From the NCBI GenBank assembly GCA_047495785.1, contig JBLDXI010000016.1:124001-188000 (forward strand): 64,000 nt of DNA, read 5' to 3'. The stretch comes from Lepidodermella squamata. Taxonomy: Eukaryota > Animalia > Gastrotricha. Within the stretch, counting starts at the first letter, position 1, and each line of letters begins with the position of its first letter. Shown piece by piece: positions 12,153 through 24,485 of the stretch. The notes under the pieces are model-generated. The model was not told the origin of the DNA. It did no database searches and was given only the letters and a program-made list of their open reading frames with translations. The position numbers were made by a program, and so were the translations under genes.

Positions 12153-13597
12153 TTAGCTGTTGATCACTTGTCTGATCCATGCGATCAAGTTATCGGTCAC
12201 ACGGGCGCCAACAGAGAGCTTATTCTCTCCACATGTTCCATCGCCGAAGCTCGTCAATCCAACGAGTGTCCAGCGCCTACCTGCTCCATTTATTGGCTTA
12301 TCAATAGTAGCCCAGGGGCCTCCAGAATCCCCTTCGCAAGTGCTGCGGTGCTGGGAAGCATCTTCGCATATCATCTAAGAAAACGAGCAAAGGAAATACT
12401 CCATGATTTTGATGTCAATCAAAAACTCACTGTTCGATCGTCAACGCTGCTTCTAACCTGCTTGCATCTCTATAAATGTTCAAAACAGGGCCTAAGTTTT
12501 GATGATCATGCCACCATAATCCATAATATGCTGAGATACGAAACGCGGTTTTTGGATATTTGTAAGCTACGTCGATTACTGTTGGATATAGTGATATCCC
12601 TTGTATATCAAGGCATCCGCGAAGCGTGGTGAAATGCTACTACTGAAAAACTAACTAAAGTAGGAATTAAATGCAAAGCGCGGTAATCGGAAATGCTCTA
12701 GTCATAATCAACGTCATAAAACAACCTTCATCGGCATAATCGGAACTGTTAGCTGCTGCAATCTAGGTTTTTTGCTGTTGTACCCGGTTCGGCCAAAGCC
12801 AGTCAATGTGATAGATGTATCGTAATCGTAGTATGGGGTTCTTTCTTTAAACAGGCAAATCGGCGAATAATATTCAGTGAATTCGTCCAGTGGAGCTGAT
12901 CAAGATGGCATTCAGCAAATGGTGAAAACAGTCGAACTATTAAATTTTCAGCTTACCAATGCGAGCTAGAGCGTAGTCGTTGTTATTACTTTCTGGGTTG
13001 TACTCGGGGTGTTTGAAAAGCCTAATCGCTCTAATAGGCTTAAGAGTTGAGCCATCACCCGACACAATCTTGTCACTGTACTTGAACTGAGCACCAAGAT
13101 AGACTTCTACTTTCAAGACAGACGATATGCAGTGTGCCGCTGTCAAGATCCATTCTCGATCAATCAAAACCCCGCCACACGAATAAGTACCATCGCTACG
13201 TTCTGTGCTGATAGTATCGAGGAGGTCATAGCTGTGAACAAAGTGTTTTGATTCCAACTTACAATAGTAGCGTTTGGTAGGGAAAATCGGCAACATTGGC
13301 ATCAGATCCACCGTTGATTTCTATCCGGTTGTCTCGAGTGGCTTTCCCGTAGCCACAGTAACGGGGTGAAAAGGCGTCCAGCCACTCACCCGGCCGCCGC
13401 GGTTCGATCGGCGCTGGTCCAGAAACTGTTTTTAGCAGTTTGTCTGCCATTTCCAGCAGCTTAGCAATGCTTTCGATTTTCCCCAGATCTGACGCGTTTC
13501 TCCGCGTGAAACGATCATCAGGATATCTGGGTGGCTTTTGCCAACAACCAGCTAGTTGAGGAGAAATTATTAAAAAAGCAAAAATTAAAAGTATCAT
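12153..13597 (-). CDS. Secreted S1A serine protease, chymotrypsin-like, catalytic triad intact (5 exons: 13597-13263, 13207-12957, 12895-12726, 12469-12431, 12374-12153)
   Basis: Signal peptide, propeptide with CG, INGG-like activation region, FPYQ, CGGVLIDREWILTAAHC, NNDYAL, PICL, LTGFG, STCEGDSGGP, GLTSFG. All introns are GT-AG and phase-consistent. Confidence 0.92.
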
Positions 13598-13753
13598 AAT
13601 TTTTAGAAATTAATATTAATAGTAGAAATGCCGAAAGTCAGATTCTGTAAAAGCTTTATATAGGCCGATCGTGATTCCCTATTTAGTGAACCAGACTCGT
13701 CTCGACGTACCTGGAATAAATTGCGTGGGATTCAACTTTCGGATTAACTGGAA

Positions 13754-14794
13754 GAATAAGTAAGCAAGTCTGCAATATGAAATGAATTTTTAATAGGCAT
13801 GTTAAGTCTCGCGTGACTCAGATGCCCCAAGACTTGCCAAAGCATGCAATGATCCGGAGTGACCACTTAGCACTAAATAAATGTTAAGCGAATTTCATCC
13901 TCCGCAATGCGCAGCAATACTACAGCAATGACATAGCAATCAAAATGAATAAATGGTTCTAGCGATATTAACACTAAGCTTTATTTCATGATTCATTTCA
14001 TGACTGAACATCGCCACCACTGGGATGCCCATGGGCCTTGGGCGCTCAAACGGGAGTGTAAGACGAGCCGGAAAGACCGCATTCTGATTGTTATTCTTCG
14101 TGCGAGGGCGTTATTGTGTTTTCATCATAGCTACATTCGGTAGTCCTATTCTGGCTATGCTTGCTTGATAAATTCAGTTGGTACAAACAATTTTGTGCAA
14201 TCAATTTTGTAGTTTGAAGAAGTGCTCCATGGATGAGACTATACTGAGAAATATGAGAAATATAACTGATTCAACCATTTATCCAATTGAATAAAAAATA
14301 TCATCATAATAGACGCGTTTTTACTTCAGCATAGTGCTCTTTCTACTACTTCTTAATCCGTTATGATTCAAACTAGGCTCGGCCTATGACGTTCAAACTC
14401 TTTGATTCAAATTTGTAACTTGGTCGAACGGAGACAGATTTTACGGCAGTGTTCGAACGATCGGAATGACATGCCGCGGACTTCCTTGACGCGACAGGCG
14501 CTGTACTCAAGGACACATTCCTGGCGTTTAGCGTCGAATACGATGAAGTAGGGGAACTCGCCGCCGATTAGGCAATGTATATAAGTTGGTTCGTAGAGGC
14601 ACCGCTCATCGCCATTGTTATAGAGCCTGTCGTCGATAGGCAGATCGGCTGGCAACGGATCGTCCTTGATCAGCTTGACATCGTAGCAGTTTGCGATCGA
14701 AACCAGAATCGCTATTGGAGCTAGGAATCGTGCTGAAAGCATGATTTTAGGCTTGAATAACAGCAAAAAATAAACAGAATCAAAATACTGAGAA
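13754..14794. repeat. Direct duplication, copy 2
   Basis: Identical to 9294-10334. Confidence 0.95.
14407..14742 (-). CDS. Secreted divergent Kunitz-type protein, copy 2 (identical to copy 1)
   Basis: Same translation as 9947-10282. Confidence 0.75.
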   Translation of the reverse strand: MLSARFLAPIAILVSIANCYDVKLIKDDPLPADLPIDDRLYNNGDERCLYEPTYIHCLIGGEFPYFIVFDAKRQECVLEYSACRVKEVRGMSFRSFEHCRKICLRSTKLQI

Positions 14795-15024
14795 CTGAGA
14801 ATGCAAGTTAGGTTCGGCTGCAAGTAGCGTCTAATATATTCAGTTACGTGAGAAGAATCCAGAGACGATATGTTTCCAGATTTCCAAATACATCCTAACT
14901 GATGCATGACGAGTTTATCCAACTAATTGGGAATACACTAAAATTCCACGCTTAAATTGAGATTCCAGCCTTTTCTTTTCTCTTTTTCATTAGTGATGTT
15001 GGTCCCTTGATCGTAAAATCAGGA

Positions 15025-15210
15025 AAATATCGGAAAAATCATTGATTTGTAAAATCGATACTTGGAATCGATATCGGTTCTGCAAGCTGGAGTTATACTG
15101 ACTAGTAAAGATAGAAAGGTTCAGCTTATAGTGAAGGCTTGATAAACCCAAGTTTGAGAAGATGAAGAACTGGACCTTCAATTAGGTGCTGGAACCCTGG
15201 ACCCTGGGTT
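15025..15210. repeat. Dispersed repeat family member (related to 20223-20646 and 43600-43750)
   Basis: Shares aaaatcgatacttgg(a/g)atcgata and gctggaacc motifs; reverse-complement match at 20410-20460. Confidence 0.55.
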
Positions 15211-15408
15211 CAGATTCTTTCAGCGCCAAGTTAGAAATCGTTCTTATTGTTTCTAATCATCACCGAGCACTGGCGATTTAATGTGAACATGTCATCTTCA
15301 CAACGGAATAATTCATCAAAAATATTATAATATAATTAAATGCACAAAAAACTACGATTGTTTGTTCTAAACTATTGACTGATATTTCGCGTGGCGGGGC
15401 GTGTTTAA

Positions 15409-15890
15409 TTACTGATTTATTGATTTCACTTGAGACTGGCGGTGGTTTGCGAAGATTTGCAGCGGGTTCGCGCTCGCGCCGTGTTTCGCCTTCGATAAAC
15501 AGAACAGCCAGAATTCGACTGAAAGCTGACGAGATGAACCGTCCACGAGCACTGAAAATATATGAAAAGATATAATCAAATCTGAAAAAAATATTTCAAT
15601 TTTTTTTCCGAATTGGGACATTTCAAATTTGATTTTTAATTTTACGAATTATTTTTTTAATTTTTCATACAGCTCCTTCTTCACAATATTTATTCAACTT
15701 TTTTATGAAAATGTTCGAATTTTTCCTTACTCTGTGCCAATTTAGCGAGAGGGATGTCGAGTTGCGCCCGTTTAGCTTCGATCCACTGGCCACATGTAAA
15801 TTGATCGGCGGCCTTCAACGGGTTTTCTCGGCCATGAACAACCACCAAGCAGACCAGGCTGGCCAAAACGATGCTCGCGAATGACTGCAT
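15409..15890 (-). CDS. Uncharacterised small secreted protein, paralog A (100 aa; exons 15890-15731, 15551-15409)
   Basis: Signal peptide MQSFASIVLASLVCLVVVHG; phase-1 GTAAG...TTTCAG intron. The spliced product is homologous across both exons to 21717-22341. Confidence 0.8.
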
Positions 15891-18800
15891 AGCGATGATA
15901 TTTAGAGATCTTTTTATCAAAATTCTATAGTTTAAAATAATAATAAACTGATTTCGAAAATTTCGGCAATTATTGGAAATTCTTGAGATTTGATCCACGT
16001 AAAGGTTCGAAACTTCGAGATTTTTTTGAAATTGTTACCAGAGAGGTATATATATTCTAAAGCATCGTAAGAATTTGCAATTTTTGTTAGCCTTTTAAAT
16101 GGAATTTATAAAATATTTATGAAATTTGCAATTTTTTACGTGGCTAAAGAATTTGCATTGAGCGTCATCGCTGAGTTAGTTCAACTGCGTGACTTTCCAG
16201 TGCTTATTGCTGTAGCCGATGACGCATAACGTGATAAAATTCTGAAATTCGCCATAACATCGTTAACGATATATATGCGGTTAATTAGCAAAGAAAACAA
16301 CTGCGGTGTCGTGTGAGACCTGATACGGCGAGGCGAAGCGATCAGGTAGCCACGTGGGCTCATCAGGCGCGATCGCGAGCGATAAACATCTCCGCGGGGA
16401 TTTGTAGGCAGTGTGAAACCATACGCGGCACTGTAAAGTGCCGGCTTATAATTTTTTGATGGAGCGAACCTGGATAGTGGAAAGCAATTAGATTTTATCA
16501 GAAGTTTTTTGGAATTCAGATTTCCGAATTCAAAAAAGGCAGACCGTCATGAAAGCAAAAGCGACAAAACAGCAAATTTGTCTACTTGCGACATATTAGC
16601 AGAAGCACGATGCATATAGAATAAAAGTTGCTGTTTTGACGCATTTGCTGTTCTGCGCAGTTGCTGCTTTGTCGCCATACCCAAAATTACCCTGAAAAAG
16701 CGACCACTCTGAATTTAGAAATTTGGATGAAATTTTAGCTTTTTGAAAGTCGATTATTGATTCTAATTTTCGATAAGACTTATAATATGAGGATTTATTG
16801 AAATTGAAAATGGCTGAAAAAACTGAATAATAGCAGTCTGACTAAATTTTTCCAGGTTTTATTCGCAAAATTTGAACTTTTTCGTGACAATTTTTGTTGG
16901 TCATCAAACATGACAGTCTCGCCAAATTCGCATTTCAAATGTTTAATCAAAAGCGGGGGTCAATATTTGGCAACTCGGCTTATAATAAATGTTATATTTG
17001 CGAATAATCGCAAAATGTATCCACGTGACTAATAATCTAATCCTGCGGTATTAGTCGTTTCCGGACATTTGATGAGATACTAAAAATAGAGCGGAGCAAT
17101 TATTTGCATTGATTCGAGGCCAAAGTTTTGGATTTCTTATCGAACAAATTGTGAAATTATTAACAAAATGGGTATTGGAATAAATCACTATTCACAAAAC
17201 TTGAAACATTAATTAATTAATTTTAATTCACATAAATCCGCTCAAACTAATTTGAAAATCCTGCCGGAAATTTTTTTTGAACAAAAACTCTAATATTGCG
17301 CATTTTAAATATTTTTTATGCATTTATGTACAGCTATTGCGGTGTTCATGGGATCAAATACCGCGCGCTGATTCACTATTATACTTCGCCTACGGAGGGC
17401 GTGTTAATTAGCCGTTAACTGTTTTTATGAACAAAATTCTAACAGGTATAATGTATAGGTGACGCACTTGGACATTTTCAATTGCGATGCCCGTTCGTAC
17501 CTGTAATTAGCCAAGGGGACCCAGTGCGATGGAAATTTGATATTTTATTGCGGGGATTGGGAATAACTGAAAAGGCGCTGTGAGGCACGCCAGCTCATTA
17601 ACTATACATGCCCAGACATGATGGCTATCATTAATTAAGACAAACGTCGCACTTCTTCTTGCGAGTTTTTTCAAGTTCAGTTGTGTCCAAAAAATCCAAG
17701 AAATTTCGAAAATATATTACCCGAGAATTTAGGAAAAATAAGTTCGAAAAGAAATTACTAAAAATTATTTTTATTCATGAAATTAATGAATAGAAAATTT
17801 TCGAGAATATTAATGAAGATGTAAGGGAGGGACAAATCAATTTCTCTCTTGTCACTTGAGATATTTTTTATCCTGTTTAGTCTCTGAAGTGATTTGCTAT
17901 TTTTAGCCCAACTATTATAAAAAATTATAAATTGTAAATAGCTCTGGTCAAAATATTATAAAAATAACATTTAAATTCGATTTCCGTTTAAACCAAATAA
18001 TTTTTAATGAATTAGGAGTTGATAGGCGCAAAGCCGCGCTTTTGTGGTTTTTATATGCGCCGAGTTTTTTTTACGATTTTTATTTCATTCACTGATATTG
18101 AATGCGTTGGCGTGTTTTTCCCGACCCCGGACAATGAAAATTGCGATAATATTCCGAACGAAGTCCCTGGTGATTTGTTAAGCGAGACACTAGAATTAGC
18201 GTGGGCAGGTGTACGGCCAGGTATTCTGATTTAGATAAAAATAACGGATTTTGCAGATTATCATCGGATTTCGTGCCTGTTTAATGCGATAAAAATGGGA
18301 CCCACTGCGCGTTTCAGATGTTGAGGGACACTTTTCGCGGACAAGTGTTGCTATGTGGAACGTTGGATTATAATTGCACTCGGTAAAAACGGGATTGCAT
18401 TTCAAGGTTTTCAACAAGGTCCCAGATTATTTACCTGACTGAAAAAAAAACAGAAATTACGAAAAATAATTCGAATTATTGCAATTGATATACAAATTCC
18501 AGGTTAAATTTGGGAGAAATTAATGAAGCGTGACTAGCTGAATATCGTTGATCTATTTTGAGGTCCGCCTGTCTCCATTTACGGGAGTAAATGTATAGTC
18601 TTTTTTATTGCTTAAAGGGAAAGCGTTGGCGCAGTTACATCGCGTGAAAAAAATGGGAATATAATTCACTCACTCAACGGAAGCGGAAACACGCATCAGC
18701 AATAAAAAATGCGTTGTTGAACTCAATAAGACGACCGCGTAATATAACTCTGCGGTTTCCCAGGGCCGCGATAATTTGAAGATAATGTGATGCAAATTTT

Positions 18801-19176
18801 GATCGATGTAAAATTAGATGAAAATAGGCAAAATAATGCGAGGGCGAAAAAATTACTGCTAAATAATTTTTAATCTTAAAAATAATTATCAGGAATCTAA
18901 TAAATATTCAAATTTCGAAAATTTGAATATTCATACAATGATCTCTATTTTTGCTAACTTCGACATATTTGCGATATTTGACCATGTTTGACCAGTTTTT
19001 CTTCCAGCTTTTTTCACGGCTTTTTTCCTCCTTTTCATACAATATATACGTCTTATCTTCAACCTTAATCCGATGACGCTGAATCAATTTCTAAAACTTG
19101 GTTTAAAATTCTTCAATAATTAATAAAAATCTTAATATTTTCTAGCATTTATATTTTCCATCGATTTTATTCGAAA

Positions 19177-19961
19177 ATGTCTCAATGGTGTGTTAATAAT
19201 TTTTTTATTTTAATTTGAAACCTATTTACGTTTTTGCACCTTAGGTGGACCGATGCTTCTGGCTACGACATTCCGGCCAATGCTTTCTTGATCTCGGAAA
19301 GCTGCAACGGCACCGAATGCTACTACGTCGGGCGTAAAATCATGGACAACGGCGACATTCTGCCTGGTTATGTTGCTAAAACACAGGGTGCCTGCTACGT
19401 CAGCCTGAACGGCACCGAACTCGTGTTCCGCGACTACCAAGTGCTGTGCACTGACCAGCCGGAGCTTTTTACGTGGAAGAAGGCGGAAAATGGCCATTTG
19501 CCAGCTGGAGCTATTGAAGCCGGTCTTCTGAGCGGCACAAATGAGGTTAAAAAATTTTGAAAAATTTTGAGAAAAATTCATTTATTCACGGAAAAAATCA
19601 TGGAAAAAGATTTATAATCAAATGCGATTATTAAAATTATTGAACAATTCAAATTTATTCAAAAATGTGATGCCTATGCTTGAAAAATTATTCAAAATAT
19701 GTAATCATATTTTTCTCTGAATTTTTTCATATTTTTTTATTTTCAGATTTTGCACGCTGTTCGTGGCTGTCCTCATGATAATGATCCTTCAAATGTAAGA
19801 TTCAATTTAATTTTATTATGTGATTTTATCGATTTTTTTTCTTTATTCATTAGGTGCAAGGTGGCCGATTGCGATGCGCTGATGGTCACGCTCTGTTGGT
19901 TTTCGCCGGCAAAGAGTACCAGTGCCACTGCTACGAAGTTCTCTGTGCAGCTGACCAATGA
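19177..19961 (+). CDS. DM9-repeat-only protein (natterin N-terminal/CGL1-like lectin); exons 19177-19187, 19245-19545, 19747-19794, 19854-19961
   Basis: Two DM9 repeats: W...SG..IP.NA...YVGR....G.ILPG.....CYV...G.E....DYQVLC and W..A.NG.LP.GAI.AG.....GKE....YEVLC. No signal peptide. Introns are phase-consistent. Confidence 0.88.
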
Positions 19962-20222
19962 AAAACGAGAATCAAAGCTGGAAAAACTGTCGCACCCTTC
20001 AATAATTTTTCAATGAACAAAATCACTTCAAATTAATACGCTGCTTCTAAAATTATATTATTGTTTTTAATTTTAAACGGTATTAGAATATAATAGTAAA
20101 ACCCAAGGCTTTCTGATATTAACAAAGGTGCCGAAAATTTTGATTTTCTGGAAAATATGTTTTCCGGAATATTTCGAGCTTAATCTGGCCTTTCATTATC
20201 CTTTTCTTTCGGGTGTGCCAAG

Positions 20223-20646
20223 TGCGCACCCTAAATATAAGGTTCCCGCACTAAGTTTGAGGCTCCCTTGAAATCTGCTTTTCGAGTTTAATTGCTTCTC
20301 TGGAATCGTTCTTCTGTTATCACGCTTAGCCGATAAATCTTCATATTACGCGTATTTTGCGCTACAAGTGGTCAGTTTATGAGTTAAACTTCACCCGGCA
20401 GCCGACAGAACCGATATCGATTCCAAGTATCGATTTTATAGATTAGTGATTTTTCCGATGTCAACCGTCGTGGAACCCAACATCGATAATTTTCCTACGT
20501 AACTTAGGGCGCCAGGTAGCTAAAACGAAAAATCCTAGCTTCAGGCAGGGCATCAGCATTGATCAAAAACCGAAAACGCAGAAATCTGTAAAATTAAGTG
20601 CCAGGACGATTAAATTTAGTGCTGGAACCTCATTTTTAGTGGTGCA
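20223..20646. mobile_element. MITE with imperfect terminal inverted repeats
   Basis: tgcgcaccctaaatataaggttcccgcactaag versus the reverse complement of ttagtgctggaacctcatttttagtggtgca; internal motif shared with the 15.0 kb and 43.6 kb copies. Confidence 0.55.
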
Positions 20647-20681
20647 AATATTTGGACCCTTTCCTTTCCTTTCCATCCTAA

Positions 20682-21514
20682 GTATGGTTTGGTTACTTTT
20701 CCGCTTTTTAAGTTCCGCTATTTCATTTCCGCTACATTTTTTTCCGCCGACGACCATTTCCGCCATTGTGTTTTCCGCTATTTTCATTTCCGCCACAGTA
20801 TGAGTTCCGCCATGTACATTTCCGCTATAACACACTTCCGCTATCAAGAGTTTCGCCAAATGACAGTTCCGCTATGCACGTTTTCCGCCCCTAATTCTTT
20901 CCGCCAAGGTGATTTTTCAGCTCTTCATTTTATTGATCAGATCATTTCAACCAAAAAAGCCACTGAAAGTAAAAGAAGGTGTTGAAAACTTCTAACCGAT
21001 ATAACCTCAGAGTATAAGTTCCGTAGTGAAACCGTTCAGCGGCTGCGAGTAGGTTAGCGTAAAAGGTTAAACAGCGCCGATAAAAATTGAGCAGAAATGC
21101 ATGAAATAAACTGCCTTCGGATTAGTGTAATGGTTTGATTGAATTTCGGTCGTATATTGTATATCATGTCAAAGAAAACTAAGGGGAATTATCTTGTTAT
21201 TAGCTATATACGTGCTTGTTCGACTTGATCGTTTCAGCGCTTCTCCAACTTTCCATTCGTCTCGGTCATTAGAATTTAGAAAAGTTTAGAATTTAGATAT
21301 GAGAGCCAAAAAGCGGAAGTGCAATATAGCGGAAACGACCTTTAGCGGAAATGTTGTTGGCGGGAATCAACTTGGGCGGAAAACTGATTGGCGGAAATAT
21401 CGCTGGCGGAAGTGTACTTGGAGCGGAAAAGACATCAAGCGGAAATGATCATAGCGGAAAAAAATTCGGCGAAACTGAAATAGCGGAACTTAAAAAGCGG
21501 AAAAGTAACCATAC
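20682..21514. mobile_element. Non-autonomous DNA transposon with TIRs and subterminal TTCCGC arrays
   Basis: ggttacttttccgctttttaagttccgctatttca is exactly inverted at 21476-21510; about 12 ttccgc units on the left and a similar number of gcggaa units on the right. Confidence 0.85.
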
Positions 21515-21716
21515 GCTAAGTATCTACCCTTTCCTTACTTTTCCTTTACGCATTTGAGTTCATCATGAATTACTGCGTTATTTTCGTTTATTTGTCCGCA
21601 TTTTTTCGATAACAAAAAATCGACATCGTATTAACGACGATAGCACAGCTTCTAAATTTTTCTATATTATAACGACAGATGGCGGTCGAATTTGGTTGAG
21701 ATGGCGCATTGAGATC

Positions 21717-22341
21717 TCAAAGGCTGCCTTGAAGCGCGAAATCACGAGCCTTGGCAACGCAGAAAATGTAAAATTCCATCGACAATTGAGGCGATCCACC
21801 TTTAGCCAACTCTGAAAAAAATTACATTTTTTTAAATCTCGGAATGTAAGCGGATGATCCCATTTCGGACATTTGAAAAAATCAGGAAATTTTTGAAAAA
21901 TTTTCAGAATTTTCCCGATTTTTGCGGAATTTTTATTTTTATTTTTCGCCTAATTTTAAATTAAAACTTACTATCGGCCAGTTCGCCAGTTGTAAGGTGT
22001 AGCTGCGTCTTTTTTGCATCAATCCATTGGCGGCACGACATGACAGGCTTAACGAGCAGTGCCTCCTCGCTTGACTTGGCCCGCGCTTCTTCGGCCTGCT
22101 CAGCTGCCTGCTGCTGTTGCTGCTGCTGATCGCCTAAATTGCTCGCAATCGTGTTCGAATCAATTTGCAAATTATTGGCATTGTTGCTGTCCAACGGCCG
22201 GCCTTCGTTCAGCACCACCCCGCTGATAGGGTTCGCGTTTTGAAACCGGTTCTGCGCTGTTAGACTACGCCGGCGGGCATCGCAACCGCTGAAAATCGCC
22301 GCAGCGATGAAAATTGCAGAAATTTTCAAAATAATCGGCAT
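21717..22341 (-). CDS. Uncharacterised small secreted protein, paralog B (154 aa; exons 22341-21972, 21811-21717)
   Basis: Signal peptide MPIILKISAIFIAAAIFSGCDA, then RRR, an N/Q-rich spacer with polyQ, then the conserved 2-Cys domain. Same phase-1 intron position as paralog A. Confidence 0.8.
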
Positions 22342-23417
22342 TTTCAAATTTGTTTGAAAGAAAATAAATTTCTAAAATTATCAAAAATTATCAAAAAATT
22401 AACGAATTTTTCACGCTTGAATGCGTTAAAAAAATGGAAAAATTTCGAAAAAGGAATCTTCGAAATCGTATCTAAAGCTGAAGAGGCGGGCGTAGGCAAC
22501 AAACAATGAAAGACTTGGCTATCTGAGTCAATTTTTTTCGGTTCAAAATCGTGAATTTTAGACGACTATTTTCCTATTATTTGCAAAAATTTTTACTACG
22601 CACGAAGAATGAATGAATGAAAAATTTCCTATTAGAGTTAGACTCAACAAATGATATGATTATACCGTACAGTCTATGTTTTTTATCCACTCAATATACG
22701 GGAAGGGCAATAAATAAAAAAATGAAATTCAATGCGCAAATAGAAATAATACGCGATTAGCGGAAACAAGTCTCGGCCGATGAAAATTGTCCTGAAATAA
22801 TTTTCAAGAGCGTGGGGTCGTGTTGAATGAAAATGCGAGGCGGAAGCAATAAAGGCTATTTTCGTATTATAGCAACTGCTGTGAAACTAGATTTTTCTAA
22901 AGCTATTTATATTATTTTAATTTTCTTCACGTGAACTTGTTGTACGTTGCAATATAGGCGGGGTATATTAAACCGCTGAGTTCGTTTGAAAAAAATTACG
23001 ACATTCATTGTTATTAATGATCAATTTAAAATTCGATTAATTCGAAAAAATCCAGCCTAATAATTATAGGCCATCAATTATTATTACGCTTTTCAAATTT
23101 CTGACGCGCATGGAAAAAATGCGTAATGGAAATGATTTTTTTATATGTCTGTAAAATAAATAATTAATATACTTCGCAATCGGTAATAGTTCGCCGCTTC
23201 ACAGTGCGGCTTCTTCGAGCGGGAGCCGACATATTTACTAATTGATGGTTAATTGAATAACTTCACCCACCTGTCCGAGCCAAGGTCGAATTCGAAAATA
23301 TGTGGGGCGAGCATCTATGGTTTTTTTTTGTTTTTTTATGACATTTTTTTCCTTGAATTTTGAATTTTTACCTGACCATCAGATATTAAAAATGAGAGTA
23401 TTTGCAATCGTATTTCT

Positions 23418-23926
23418 GTCATGTTGAATTTCCTTACCAACGGTGCCTCATCCTTACTAAGGAAGTTCATCCTTACTAAGCATATCCTTACTGGACCAAT
23501 AGTATAGGGAGAGTTCAGTAAGGATTAGCAAGAGTAAGGAACCCTTAAATATGCAATCTAAGGTCGGAAAACTTTGAACTGGTGATTTTTTCGGGCCAAT
23601 ATACAATCGACACAGCCTAAAAACCGACATCATTACAATAGCTTGGCCTTTGACGGCGCGCGATATTAAGGGAGCTCAGCTCCTTCCGAAAATGACCTAG
23701 TGGCAAAAGGCCTCACTAATTAACGATAAGGTGAACAAACTAGTGCGGCATCCTTAGCGAGGAGAGCGGCTTATTTCGCGCGAAACCCTGACTAAGCATT
23801 TCTAATACCAAGGCAACCCTTAGTAAGGACTGCTCAGTAAGGATAAAGGATAAGGTTATTGCTTACTGGCCATCCTTAGCAAGGCAGTCCTGAGCCACTA
23901 TCGTTAGTAAGGAAGTTCAACATGAC
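23418..23926. mobile_element. MITE with 25-bp TIRs and internal CCTTACTA repeats
   Basis: gtcatgttgaatttccttaccaacg / cgttagtaaggaagttcaacatgac. Confidence 0.8.
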
Positions 23927-24485
23927 TGAGCTACGAACGGCGACCTTTAAGCAAATGACAAACCAGCCTCTGATTGAAATGAAATAAAAATATATCCTTT
24001 CGAAATTTTTCAATTTTTTCCTAATTAATATCTTTATGATTTTTTTAAAAATATTTTCCAATTTTCTCGGCGAATTTTATTTTCATTTATTTTAGATTTT
24101 TCGCAATTTTATTTACAGAAATCAAGAGATGCCGTTTCAAGTGTCATTTTGCGGTTTCAATTTTTTAACTGGAACTAGACAAAAATCGATTATCGGCCGG
24201 ATCATTATTTGATCCATCTCGCCGCATCGGGAAACGCTTTCGCGCAAAAAAATATCGGAATTACCGGCTCAATGGATGCGCCATTTATTGCTGTAATAAT
24301 ATCTGCAAGCGAGGCAATTTATGCCGCCAAAAATATTATAATGCCATCAAGAGTAAGCCAAAGTTGGCTAATAATATATCGGCCGGCATCAAGTGCTGGG
24401 CGGAATTGAATAAAATTTCCACTGATCGAGAAAGAAATATAAAAATATATTTTTTTACTTCATTTCGGTTAAAAAAGCTGCTCAG

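Noticed and set aside
13232-13262. 31-nt first intron for the chymotrypsin-like gene
   Set aside because: The acceptor at 13208 gives a typical 55-nt intron and canonical PYQ-to-CGG spacing.
16530-16690. Weak inverted gcgacaaaacagcaa/ttgctgctttgtcgc motifs
   Set aside because: Probably an old MITE, but the termini and TSD could not be defined.
20682-21514. Regularly spaced TTCCGC units as a CRISPR-like array (also 52022-52539 and 11158-11480)
   Set aside because: The units are 6-13 bp, mirrored as inverted arms, in eukaryotic DNA with no cas genes; they are subterminal repeats of MITEs.
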